A model generated the notes under the pieces. That model had not been told where the DNA came from. It was given only the letters and a program-made list of their open reading frames with translations, and made no database searches. A program made the translations under genes and the position numbers. From Bacteroidia bacterium (GTDB lineage Bacteria; Bacteroidota; Bacteroidia; Bacteroidales; VadinHA17), in the NCBI GenBank assembly GCA_026391215.1, contig JAPLDX010000042.1, positions 1 through 35,688 on the forward strand: a stretch of DNA of 35,688 bases, in the 5' to 3' direction. Each line of letters starts with the position of its first letter. The stretch's first letter is position 1. Below, one piece after another: positions 1 to 8,449 of this stretch.

Positions 1-38
1 AAGTTTGCACAGAAATTTGCAGAAAAGTATGAACAAAT

Positions 39-115
39 TGAGCGTAGTTAAAAACTACGCTCATCTCATGATAATCATCTGTCAAAAAAGATTGGCGTAG
101 TTTGTAACTACGCCA
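39..115. terminator. Two related perfect hairpins downstream of hsp20 (core GCGTAGTT-N3-AACTACGC); likely intrinsic terminator(s)
   Basis: TGAGCGTAGTT-AAA-AACTACGCTCA (39-63) and TGGCGTAGTT-TGT-AACTACGCCA (93-115). On the minus strand the second hairpin is followed by ATCTTTTTTG. It lies about 15 nt past the hsp20 stop. Confidence 0.65.
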
Positions 116-130
116 TTTTAAATAATCTGA

Positions 131-553
131 TTATGAAATCTTGATCTGCCTTGTTATTTTACTTTTTTCTTCTTCCATCTTTGGAAGTTCAAGGTTCAGG
201 ATGCCATCTTTGTAGTTTGCCACAATCTTATCCCTGCTGACATTTTCAGGAATATAAAAGCTTCTGCAGAAAGATGAGTAACTGAACTCTTTTCTCTTGT
301 AACCATCTTTTTCTTCCTCTTTTTCAGTTTTCGATTCCGAGGAGATTGTAAGAACATCCTCATTGATATCAATTTTCAGATCCTCCTTATCCATACCCGG
401 AACAGCAAGCTCAAGTATAAAACTCTTTTCATTTTCCTTGATGTTCACTGCCGGCATTGAACTGGTCCTGTTTGATAATACCGAGAAAAAATCATCGTCA
501 AAAAGATTTGACAAAAACGGGCTGTAGGTTTTTCTTGTAATAGTTGGTAACAT
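131..553 (-). CDS. Hsp20/alpha-crystallin family small heat-shock protein (~140 aa)
   Basis: Motifs PAVNIKE, LELAVPG, EFSYSSFCRSFYIPENV, A-NYKDGILNLELPK. Start moved to the ATG at 551-553 (MLPTITRK) because the longer ORF-track extension runs through the promoter motif. Confidence 0.95.
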   Translation of the reverse strand: MLPTITRKTYSPFLSNLFDDDFFSVLSNRTSSMPAVNIKENEKSFILELAVPGMDKEDLKIDINEDVLTISSESKTEKEEEKDGYKRKEFSYSSFCRSFYIPENVSRDKIVANYKDGILNLELPKMEEEKSKITRQIKIS

Positions 554-610
554 AGTTCTGTCCTCCATTATTTTAAGTTTAACATATTTGCTTCTTGAAG
601 TCTCATATTG

Positions 611-682
611 GCAAGTTCTGTTCCAAAATAAAAAACATGACAATATGACATATTATGACATATTTACGCTGTCAATATGACA
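611..682 (-). promoter_or_regulatory. Sigma54-type -24/-12 element plus TGACA repeat array upstream of hsp20
   Basis: Minus strand 625-611 reads TGGAACAGAACTTGC (GG-N10-GC). TGACA at 638, 646, 656 and 678, TGTCA at 670. Same layout as upstream of grpE. Confidence 0.65.
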
Positions 683-707
683 GTTATGTAATTCCGAAAA
701 TTTAAAT

Positions 708-715
708 TAGGTTTG
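708..715 (+). promoter_or_regulatory. Bacteroidota housekeeping -7 box (TAnnTTTG)
   Basis: TAGGTTTG ends about 20 nt before the ATG at 735. Confidence 0.5.
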
Positions 716-734
716 TAAAAGGAAAGTCCATAAG

Positions 735-1768
735 ATGAAAAATGTATTCCGGAACATTCTGATTTTTTTAGCTATTGTCTTACTTCTGGCGGGAGCCTGG
801 TATTTCCGTAATATTGTGGCGTATATTACTTTTCAACCATTGACAGCGAGAAAATAGTTCAGCTGGTTGATACACCGATAAATAAGATAGAAAATCTCCT
901 CAAATCATTCAACTCTGACAGCACTAATGAACTTTCGCTGAAAGATTATTTTGCAGGCAAGGTGTCAGAAGTGCTGAATATCAATATGATACAGAATGTT
1001 TTAGGATCCATTATCAGTCTTCTGGGAAATTTCCTGATTGCAATATTTGCAATCTCATTCATAACATTCTTTTTCCTGAAGGATCAGCAGCTGTTTTTTG
1101 AAGCAATTCTTATGTGGGTTCCGGATAAGTATATAGAAAATTTTACGAGGGCTCTCTATTCAATTAAAAGACTGCTGACCAGGTATTTCATTGGTGTGGT
1201 GATCCAGTGCACCGTAATAATGATAATGGTCGATATCGGAATGACAATTGTGGGGATCGATTTTCAACAGGCCCTAGTAATGGGACTTATCCTTGGAATT
1301 CTGAATGTAATTCCCTATGTGGGTCCGTGGATAGGTTTGTTCATCGCAATAATAATGGGTGTGGCTTCTCATATAGATCAGGATTTTGCAACTGTTGTTG
1401 TCCCGCTGGTTTATTATATGATTATTGTTGAAATCATCATACACACCATCGACAATGTTGTCAATCAGCCATTGATCTTTTCCAACAGTGTTAAGGCACA
1501 TCCTCTTGAGATTTTTATTGTGATACTGGCAGCAGGTTTTGCGGCAGGTATCCCGGGAATGATATTAGGTATTCCCACCTATACGGTTTTGCGGGTTTTT
1601 GCCAGGGAGTTCTTTTACAACCTCAAGGCAGTTCAGAAAATAACATCAGGATTATCGCCTGAAAACATTGCCAGGCATAATAATCCCTTTGAAAACATGA
1701 CTAAGGATAAAGATGAAGCTGAAAATTCAGAAAAATCTGACAATCCTGAAAAACCAAAAAAGCATTGA
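735..1768 (+). pseudogene. AI-2E (PerM/TqsA) family transporter, disrupted by a frameshift and probable internal deletion near 826
   Basis: ATG 735 encodes a TM-like N-terminus (MKNVFRNILIFLAIVLLLAGAWYFRNIVAYI) that stops at TAG 855-857. A second frame, open from 812, reads YFSTIDSEKIVQ... into the 962..1768 ORF, which has AI-2E motifs (TFFFLKD, LNVIPYVGP, IDN..QPLIFS.SVKAHPL). Confidence 0.75.
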
Positions 1769-1793
1769 AAACCCGAAGAATCAGGATCATAAG

Positions 1794-2033
1794 ATGAAAC
1801 CTTATCTCCAGGTTGCTACCAGATTGTTCCATTTTTACTACGACGGATTCACCAGTATGTCATCATGGGGGAAGCGGGTCTGGGTAATTATTATCATAAA
1901 GCTCTTTATTATCTTTCTCATACTGAAAGTATTCTTTTTCCCTGATTTTCTGAAAAAAGATTATGATACCGATGAGCAGAGAGGCGAATATGTTCTTGAT
2001 CAACTAACCAAATCATCTGAATCGCATGATTGA
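1794..2033 (+). CDS. DUF4492 family small membrane protein of Bacteroidota cydAB operons
   Basis: FYYDGF.SM..WGK.VW.IIIIKLFIIF.ILKVFFFPDFL signature; overlaps the cydA start; ATG at 1794. Confidence 0.85.
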   Translation: MKPYLQVATRLFHFYYDGFTSMSSWGKRVWVIIIIKLFIIFLILKVFFFPDFLKKDYDTDEQRGEYVLDQLTKSSESHD

Positions 2034-3582
2034 CAATGTAGATTTAGCTCTTGTTGACTGGTCACGGGCTCAGTTTGCACTTACAGCGATTTACCACTGG
2101 ATATTTGTCCCTCTCACCCTGGGATTGTCATTTATGATTGCCATAATGGAGACCATTTATGTACGTTCGGGGAATGAGGAATGGAAACGGCTGACCAGGT
2201 TCTGGATGACTCTTTTTGGGATTAACTTCGCAATCGGTATAGCGACAGGGATCATCCTGGAATTTGAATTTGGGACCAACTGGTCGAATTATTCCTGGTT
2301 CGTGGGGGATATCTTTGGAGCTCCGCTCGCAATAGAAGGAATCCTGGCATTCTTCCTTGAATCTACATTTATTGCAGTAATGTTTTTCGGATGGAACAAG
2401 GTTGGAAAGAAATTTCACCTGACTTCCTCCTGGCTGGTAGCTATCGGGGCCAGCCTGTCAGCATTGTGGATCCTTGTCGCAAACGCATGGATGCAAAATC
2501 CTGTAGGTATGACATTTAACCCCGAGACAGCACGCAATGAGATGACAGACTTCTGGGCGGTCCTTCTTAATCCTGTCGCTATTGATAAATTCCTTCACAC
2601 CGTCTCCTCCGGATTTCTTCTGGCTTCCCTTTTCGTCCTTGGGGTAAGTTCCTGGTTCCTGCTAAAGAAGAGAGAAGAATGGCTGGCAAAAAAAAGCATG
2701 CTCATTGCAGGGATATTCGGACTCTTTTCATCACTTGTGGTAGCATTTACGGGAGATACCTCTGCAAGAACCCTGGCTGAAGTTCAGCCGGTGAAATTCG
2801 CTGCATTTGAAGCTCACTATGCAGGAAAGCAAAATGCCGGCCTTGTAGCTTTCGGTGTTCTTAAAAATCCTGATAATCAGTCAGATCCGCTGAAGATTAA
2901 AGATTTTTTGTTCAAGATTGAAATACCCGGATTCCTGTCAGTGATGACAGGAGGGAACAAAGATGCTTTTGTCCCGGGCATCAAAGACCATGTTTATGGA
3001 CTTCCTGAAAGTGCTATTCTGGCCGTGGCCGAAAAGATGAAAAGAGGCAGTGTTGCCATGGATCTTTTAAATGAATACAAAGAAGCTAAAAAACAGGATG
3101 ATCAGGCGCAGGCTGAAACAATCAGGAAGAAATTCCAGGATAAAAATTTCATAGACGAATATTTCAGGTATTTTGGGTATGCATTTCTTGAAAATCCTGA
3201 AGATGTGGTCCCTAATGTTCCGGTAGCGTTCTATTCCTTTCATCTTATGGTAATGCTGGGATTCCTTTTTATCCTTATCTGCAGTATTGCGCTTTATCTG
3301 GTGCTTAAAGGGACTATTGCCAAAAACAGATGGTTCCTCTGGATCGCCCTGTTTTCAATCCCGCTGGCATATATTGCCAGTGAATCAGGATGGATCCAGG
3401 CTGAAATGGGTCGTCAACCATGGATTATACAGGATCTTATGCCGGTATCGGCGGCAGTCTCACAGATCAGTCCCGGTGCGGTTATCACAACCTTCATCCT
3501 TTTTGCAATTCTGTTCACTGCACTGCTGATAGCTGAGGTTTCAATTATGATCAGACAGATCAAAACGGGGCCAAAACATTAG
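2026..3582 (+). CDS. cydA: Cytochrome bd ubiquinol oxidase subunit I
   Basis: SRAQFALTAIYHWIFVPLTLG, EFEFGTNWSNYS, QPVKFAAFE (Q-loop) and EMGRQPW motifs. Confidence 0.98.
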   Translation: MIDNVDLALVDWSRAQFALTAIYHWIFVPLTLGLSFMIAIMETIYVRSGNEEWKRLTRFWMTLFGINFAIGIATGIILEFEFGTNWSNYSWFVGDIFGAPLAIEGILAFFLESTFIAVMFFGWNKVGKKFHLTSSWLVAIGASLSALWILVANAWMQNPVGMTFNPETARNEMTDFWAVLLNPVAIDKFLHTVSSGFLLASLFVLGVSSWFLLKKREEWLAKKSMLIAGIFGLFSSLVVAFTGDTSARTLAEVQPVKFAAFEAHYAGKQNAGLVAFGVLKNPDNQSDPLKIKDFLFKIEIPGFLSVMTGGNKDAFVPGIKDHVYGLPESAILAVAEKMKRGSVAMDLLNEYKEAKKQDDQAQAETIRKKFQDKNFIDEYFRYFGYAFLENPEDVVPNVPVAFYSFHLMVMLGFLFILICSIALYLVLKGTIAKNRWFLWIALFSIPLAYIASESGWIQAEMGRQPWIIQDLMPVSAAVSQISPGAVITTFILFAILFTALLIAEVSIMIRQIKTGPKH

Positions 3583-3593
3583 GAGGAACAATT

Positions 3594-4724
3594 ATGACAA
3601 CGATGATATCATATCTTTTTCTTCAATCATACTGGTGGGTGATAATCTCCCTCCTTGGGAGCCTTCTGATCTTCCTGATGTTTGTCCAGGGTGGTCAGTC
3701 AATGATCTTTTCACTTCCTGATACGGATGTCCGTAAAACAATGATAATAAATGCACTGGGAAGGAAGTGGGAGTTCACATTTACTACGCTGGTAACATTT
3801 GGCGGAGCATTCTTTGCAGCTTTCCCACTGTTTTATGCCACAAGCTTCGGGGGAGCATATTGGGTATGGATTGCAATTCTTTTCAGCTTTATTATTCAGG
3901 CAATAGCCTATGAATTCAGATCGAAACCGGCTAATGTCTTTGGCAAAAAAACCTTTGATATTTTTCTTTTCCTGAACGGAACACTCGGTCCTTTCCTTAT
4001 CGGAACTGCAGTCGGGACCTTTTTCACAGGATCACAGTTCAGCCTGAATAATATGTTTAACGTACAGTGGGATAACGGATGGCATGGACTGGAGGCTCTG
4101 ATCAATGGCAGAAATCTTGCCCTGGGATTATCTGTACTGTTCCTTACAAGGGTTAATGGTTTATTGTATTTAATCAATTCAGTAGATGACGATGAGATTA
4201 TCAACCGGTCTGCTAAGAAACTGATTATTAATTCAATATCCTTCCTTGTCTTTTTCCTTTTCTTCCTTATTACCCTTTTTGTATCAGAAGGATATGCTAT
4301 AGATAAAGAGACCGGGCAGATCTTATTGGAAAAATTCAAGTATCTGCATAATTTCATACAGATGCCGGTAGTGCTGGTATTATTCCTTACAGGAGTTGTT
4401 GCCGTTCTTTATGGAATCGGGATCACGATCTTCAGGAGCAGCAACAAGGGAATCTGGTTCAGCGGAGCAGGGACAGTCATTACTGTTTTTGCACTTTTCC
4501 TCATTGCAGGATTCAACGGAACTTCATTTTATCCATCATCTTTCCATCTGCCAAGCTCCCTGACGATTTATAACGCCTCTTCAAGCCAGTTTACCCTGAA
4601 AACCATGATGTATGTGTCATTCATAATTCCATTTGTTGTTGCATATATCTGGTACGCATGGAAGGCAATCAATAAAAAAAGGATAACTGAAGATGAAATG
4701 AAGCAGGAAGGACATGTGTATTAA
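3594..4724 (+). CDS. cydB: Cytochrome bd ubiquinol oxidase subunit II
   Basis: GRKWEFTFTTLVTFGGAFFAAFP motif; multiple TM helices; follows cydA with an AGGAGG RBS. The start could be at 3603. Confidence 0.97.
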   Translation: MTTMISYLFLQSYWWVIISLLGSLLIFLMFVQGGQSMIFSLPDTDVRKTMIINALGRKWEFTFTTLVTFGGAFFAAFPLFYATSFGGAYWVWIAILFSFIIQAIAYEFRSKPANVFGKKTFDIFLFLNGTLGPFLIGTAVGTFFTGSQFSLNNMFNVQWDNGWHGLEALINGRNLALGLSVLFLTRVNGLLYLINSVDDDEIINRSAKKLIINSISFLVFFLFFLITLFVSEGYAIDKETGQILLEKFKYLHNFIQMPVVLVLFLTGVVAVLYGIGITIFRSSNKGIWFSGAGTVITVFALFLIAGFNGTSFYPSSFHLPSSLTIYNASSSQFTLKTMMYVSFIIPFVVAYIWYAWKAINKKRITEDEMKQEGHVY

Positions 4725-4744
4725 AAGGATGATTGCAAGTTGAG

Positions 4745-4787
4745 GAGCTTAGCGACGAAATCCCGAGAGCGTAGCGACTCGGGATTT
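4745..4787. repeat. Palindromic REP-like element / bidirectional terminator between convergent cydB and pssA
   Basis: 10-bp perfect stem AAATCCCGAG (4758-4767) / CTCGGGATTT (4778-4787). Near-direct repeat GAGCTTAGCGAC (4745) / GAGCGTAGCGAC (4767). Confidence 0.6.
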
Positions 4788-4793
4788 GCATGA

Positions 4794-5516
4794 CTATCTG
4801 AATAATAATGATATCAGAGAAGCAACCAGGTATAACGGAATTATCAGGGGAGCACCTCCGGGGCCGAAAATCAAAAGAGCAGCTATCACCATTAAAACAA
4901 GGATATATCGTCCTTCATTTCCCCTGAACTTCAGATTCGCGAATTTTAAAGAAAGCAAAGGTATCCGTGTGACCATGAGTATAGAAATTATATAAGTAAA
5001 TATAACTATTGCCGCTGCGGATCCTGTAAGGGAAGTTATCAGACCTGAATCGGAATAATGCTGAGCAATTACAATCGAAATGACTGCAAGTGCATTTGCA
5101 GGTGTTGGCAAGCCTTTAAATGATGTAGCCTGGGTTTCATCAGTGTTGAATATTGCAAGTCGCAAACCGGCACAAACCGGCATGATCACAGGAGACAGAA
5201 GGATCAGAACGATCAGAAAGCTGTCAGTATTGGTAATCATTGGTGCTGATAATGAAAGAGATGCACCAAGAAGCTGGTAGATCAATATGGCGGGTGCCAC
5301 GCCAAAGCTTACAACATCAGCAAGGGAATCAAGTTCTTTGCCAACAGGAGAATATGCTTTCAGAAGTCTTGCCGAAAAGCCATCAAGGAAATCGAATATC
5401 ATCGCCGCCATTATCAGCCAGGAGCTTGTTGACAGATCTCCGTTCAGGGCATATATTATTGCAATAAAACCGGATGCAAGGTTAAGTGATGTAATGAAAT
5501 TGGGAATATGCTTCAT
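4794..5516 (-). CDS. pssA: CDP-alcohol phosphatidyltransferase (PssA-like, CDP-diacylglycerol-serine O-phosphatidyltransferase)
   Basis: IPNFITSLN, DFLDGFSARLL..S.VGKELDSLADVVSFGVAP, RLAIFN and FKGLPTPA motifs. Confidence 0.88.
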   Translation of the reverse strand: MKHIPNFITSLNLASGFIAIIYALNGDLSTSSWLIMAAMIFDFLDGFSARLLKAYSPVGKELDSLADVVSFGVAPAILIYQLLGASLSLSAPMITNTDSFLIVLILLSPVIMPVCAGLRLAIFNTDETQATSFKGLPTPANALAVISIVIAQHYSDSGLITSLTGSAAAIVIFTYIISILMVTRIPLLSLKFANLKFRGNEGRYILVLMVIAALLIFGPGGAPLIIPLYLVASLISLLFR

Positions 5517-5763
5517 AATGGGAATAATTATTCAGAAGGAGAGTAAAATTAAGATAAATTTCAGTAAAGGTGATTATTGAAAGAATTAATATATTTGAAT
5601 TACATGGTAAACGATATAAGAAAATCATTTAAACCAATTTAAGAACAAATCATTAGATGATTCTGAATAATATGTATATGGACATCGTGTACAGCGGTCC
5701 GCGAAAAGATGAAATAAAAATATTTACATTTACACCTCAGATTAAGTATCAGTAAGTACCAGA

Positions 5764-6216
5764 ATGATAGATTTCATGAACATCAGGATAGCTGTCGACT
5801 TTGACGGTACCATCGTGGAACATGAATATCCGAAGATAGGGAAGGAGAAGCTTTTTGCTTTTCAGACACTTAAGGAACTTGAGAAAAGAGGGGCCAGGAT
5901 TATTCTATGGACATTCAGGACAGGAAAGGACCTTGAAGATGCTGTAAGTTTTTGCAGGCAGAATGGAGTTGAATTCTATGCCGTGAACAAGAGCTATCCT
6001 GAGGAGGTGCAGGATGAAACCGTAAGCCGGAAAATTGATGCTGACATCTATATTGATGATAAAAACCTCGGAGGATTCCCCGGGTGGAGCGAAGTCTGGC
6101 AAATACTGTTCCCTTTTGAACTTCAGCAGAAAGAGGCTGAAAAAAGAATTGCTTCCGCAAGAAAAAATATTTTCAAACGTTTATTTGCAAGGAAAAAGAA
6201 TACCAATGAGAAGTAA
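5764..6216 (+). CDS. Small HAD-superfamily phosphatase (BT0820-like)
   Basis: IAVDFDGTIVEH (motif I), ILWTFR (motif II), SRKIDADIYIDDKN (motifs III/IV). Alternative start ATG 5776. Confidence 0.85.
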   Translation: MIDFMNIRIAVDFDGTIVEHEYPKIGKEKLFAFQTLKELEKRGARIILWTFRTGKDLEDAVSFCRQNGVEFYAVNKSYPEEVQDETVSRKIDADIYIDDKNLGGFPGWSEVWQILFPFELQQKEAEKRIASARKNIFKRLFARKKNTNEK

Positions 6217-7327
6217 CTATCTGAAATACATATTCCCCCTTTTTGTACTGCTGGCAGTAACCTGGATAATTTCATGCTCAGGCAGACCGGGGAAAATTAC
6301 AGAACAGAATGCTGGATCAGGCGGCATAATGGATGAGGAGACTTTTGCCAGCATCATAAAAATGACTTTTCCGGCGGAAAATACGGAATTTAGGCTCGGG
6401 GAGCCGGTAAAAGTGGTTCTTGCAAAGGATAACATGGGAGACCCTCCCGATTCAATACTTATATTTTTTGATGGAAAGGCCGTGACTTCTCTGGGTCAGG
6501 GACTGTGGGAGTACACAATACCTCCATCCTTTACGGCAAGTACAGGAAGAAAATCATTAAAAGTATCAGCATATAAGAAGGGTAAAGCCAGAACGACTAT
6601 TACACGATTTATGGTCATTCTGTCCGATGTAGCTCCGGGAAGAAACAGTTACAGGGTAATAAACACTTATCCTCATGACAGGGATGCATTTACTCAGGGA
6701 CTCTTTTATGATAACGGCTTATTATACGAAGGGACCGGTCAGGAAACAGGCTCCAGCCTGAGGGAAACGGAGCTGACAACAGGAAAAGTCCTGCGCCAGC
6801 TGAATCTTGAGCCACCTCTTTTTGGTGAAGGGATAACCCTTTACAACGACCGGATATACCAGGTTACATGGAGGTCAAAAGTCGGATTTGTCTATGACAA
6901 AGCCACCTTTAACCAGGTTAACAAGATATATTATCAGTCCGAGGGATGGGGTTTGACAACAATCAAGGATCAGATAGTTATGAGCGACGGAACAAATGTG
7001 CTGTATTTTATTGAGCCCGAGATGTTTACTGTTATCTCACGGCTGGAAGTATATGATAATGAGAAGAAAGCAGATCAGCTTAACGAGCTTGAATATATCA
7101 ATGGTGAAATATGGGCAAACATATGGATGACTGATCTCATTGCAAGGATTGATCCTGCATCAGGTAAGATAATTGCATATATTGATCTCAAGGGGATACT
7201 AAAAGACCCTGATACTGATACAAGTGTAAATGTTCTTAATGGTATTGCTTATGATAAAGCTGGGAACAGGATCTTTATAACAGGCAAAAACTGGCCGGAT
7301 CTGTTTGAAATAAAGCTTATTGAATGA
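6206..7327 (+). CDS. Glutaminyl-peptide cyclotransferase (plant/type II beta-propeller), predicted lipoprotein with extra N-terminal domain
   Basis: YPHD..AFTQGL, EGTG, FGEGIT, EGWGLT, MSDG, LNELEYI, ANIW, VLNGIAYD and TGKNWP motifs. Lipobox-like WIIS-C after the ATG at 6206. Confidence 0.92.
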   Translation: MRSNYLKYIFPLFVLLAVTWIISCSGRPGKITEQNAGSGGIMDEETFASIIKMTFPAENTEFRLGEPVKVVLAKDNMGDPPDSILIFFDGKAVTSLGQGLWEYTIPPSFTASTGRKSLKVSAYKKGKARTTITRFMVILSDVAPGRNSYRVINTYPHDRDAFTQGLFYDNGLLYEGTGQETGSSLRETELTTGKVLRQLNLEPPLFGEGITLYNDRIYQVTWRSKVGFVYDKATFNQVNKIYYQSEGWGLTTIKDQIVMSDGTNVLYFIEPEMFTVISRLEVYDNEKKADQLNELEYINGEIWANIWMTDLIARIDPASGKIIAYIDLKGILKDPDTDTSVNVLNGIAYDKAGNRIFITGKNWPDLFEIKLIE

Positions 7328-8270
7328 TCCTTGTGCCGTATACAACATTTATTGCTGCCGGAATAATACTGAATTCAGCAGGTGTATGTCCAAGCGATTC
7401 GCCGTCAGCTTCCAGATAAAGCAAAGATTCAGATTCAACACGAATGTTTTTTGCGCGGTATCCGTCAATTTTAGGATGACTGAGAATAGTACCATCGTAA
7501 AGAAGCTTCAGGCTTTTTATTATTTCAATCCTCCCCATTTCCCTTATCACAGTGACATCCAGCAGCCCGTCATCCGGAAGGGCGTCAGGTGTTTGCCTCA
7601 TTCCTCCTCCGCAGTACCGGCCGTTACCCACATTTACGGAAAAAACAGAGCTGGTACTTTTTCTCCCGTCGATAGTGATATCTGTCTTAATGTTCTTGAA
7701 TTTAATGAGGCTTGAAAGCAGATTATAGAAATATAGTGCCTGGTTGCTTCTGCCTTTGTCTTTTTGCCTGTTCGTCTTGGCTACAACAATTGCTTCGAAT
7801 CCAAGTCCTGCTATATTAATAAAATATCTCTTATGTTCTTCGAGGCCGGAATGATAAGTGACTAACCCTATATCGTGCAGCATAAGCTTATTATCCCTGA
7901 TCACTTTTACAGCTCCTTCATACATAAGGGGAATGCCGAACATCCGTCCCCAGTCGTTACCGGTCCCTACAGGTATCATACCAACTATAATATCTTTCGG
8001 AGAACAATAATCCTGGGTAAGAATGCCGTTAACCACCTCATTAAGAGTACCATCACCTCCAACAGAGATGATTTTCCTGAAGCCTGTGTTGATAGCTTTT
8101 CTTGCAGAGTCTATGGCATGGCCCTTCTTTTGAGTAAATTGCGAAAATACCTGGATATTTTCCTTTTCGAACAGACCGGAGATCCTGTCCCAGTCCCGCT
8201 TGCCCTTGCCGTTGCCGGCATTTGGATTTACAATGGCGTACCATTCTTTCAATACAGGATTTTCAGGCAT
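7317..8270 (-). CDS. Diacylglycerol kinase / sphingosine kinase family soluble lipid kinase (YegS/DgkB-like)
   Basis: IVNPNAG, VGGDGTLNEVVNG, IPVGTGND, NGRYCGGGM, DDGLLDV and EADGE motifs. Confidence 0.92.
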   Translation of the reverse strand: MPENPVLKEWYAIVNPNAGNGKGKRDWDRISGLFEKENIQVFSQFTQKKGHAIDSARKAINTGFRKIISVGGDGTLNEVVNGILTQDYCSPKDIIVGMIPVGTGNDWGRMFGIPLMYEGAVKVIRDNKLMLHDIGLVTYHSGLEEHKRYFINIAGLGFEAIVVAKTNRQKDKGRSNQALYFYNLLSSLIKFKNIKTDITIDGRKSTSSVFSVNVGNGRYCGGGMRQTPDALPDDGLLDVTVIREMGRIEIIKSLKLLYDGTILSHPKIDGYRAKNIRVESESLLYLEADGESLGHTPAEFSIIPAAINVVYGTRIIQ

Positions 8271-8449
8271 ACGTTCAGGTTTTTAAGTTCTGCAAATATG
8301 TAAATAAAACCGATAAACCTATGTTAATAAGATGTTGAAAACCACAAAAAAATTGTTTACAATTACGTCTTTCACTTCCGGAGGCTGTGGAGCTTTAAAT
8401 AGTAAATTTGAAGCTCAAAACAAAATTAATAAATATTGAAAGGAACGAG

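Noticed and set aside
554-643. 30-aa N-terminal extension of Hsp20 in the ORF track
   Set aside because: It covers the promoter motif and starts at a non-ATG codon; 140 aa is the normal family size.
5517-5763. AT-rich divergent intergenic region with a small palindrome AATCAT-TAG-ATGATT (~5648-5662) and a tiny ORF
   Set aside because: A 6-bp AT-rich palindrome is expected by chance, and there is no recognisable riboswitch, sRNA or coding signal.
6035-6205. Long N-terminal extension of the glutaminyl cyclase, suggesting a large overlap or frameshift fusion with the HAD gene
   Set aside because: ATG 6206 gives a clean lipoprotein signal peptide; the extension is just an open frame inside the HAD CDS.
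4794-8270. pssA + HAD phosphatase + lipid kinase as a lipid head-group pathway
   Set aside because: The genes are in divergent/convergent orientations and split by the glutaminyl cyclase, so there is no operon evidence.
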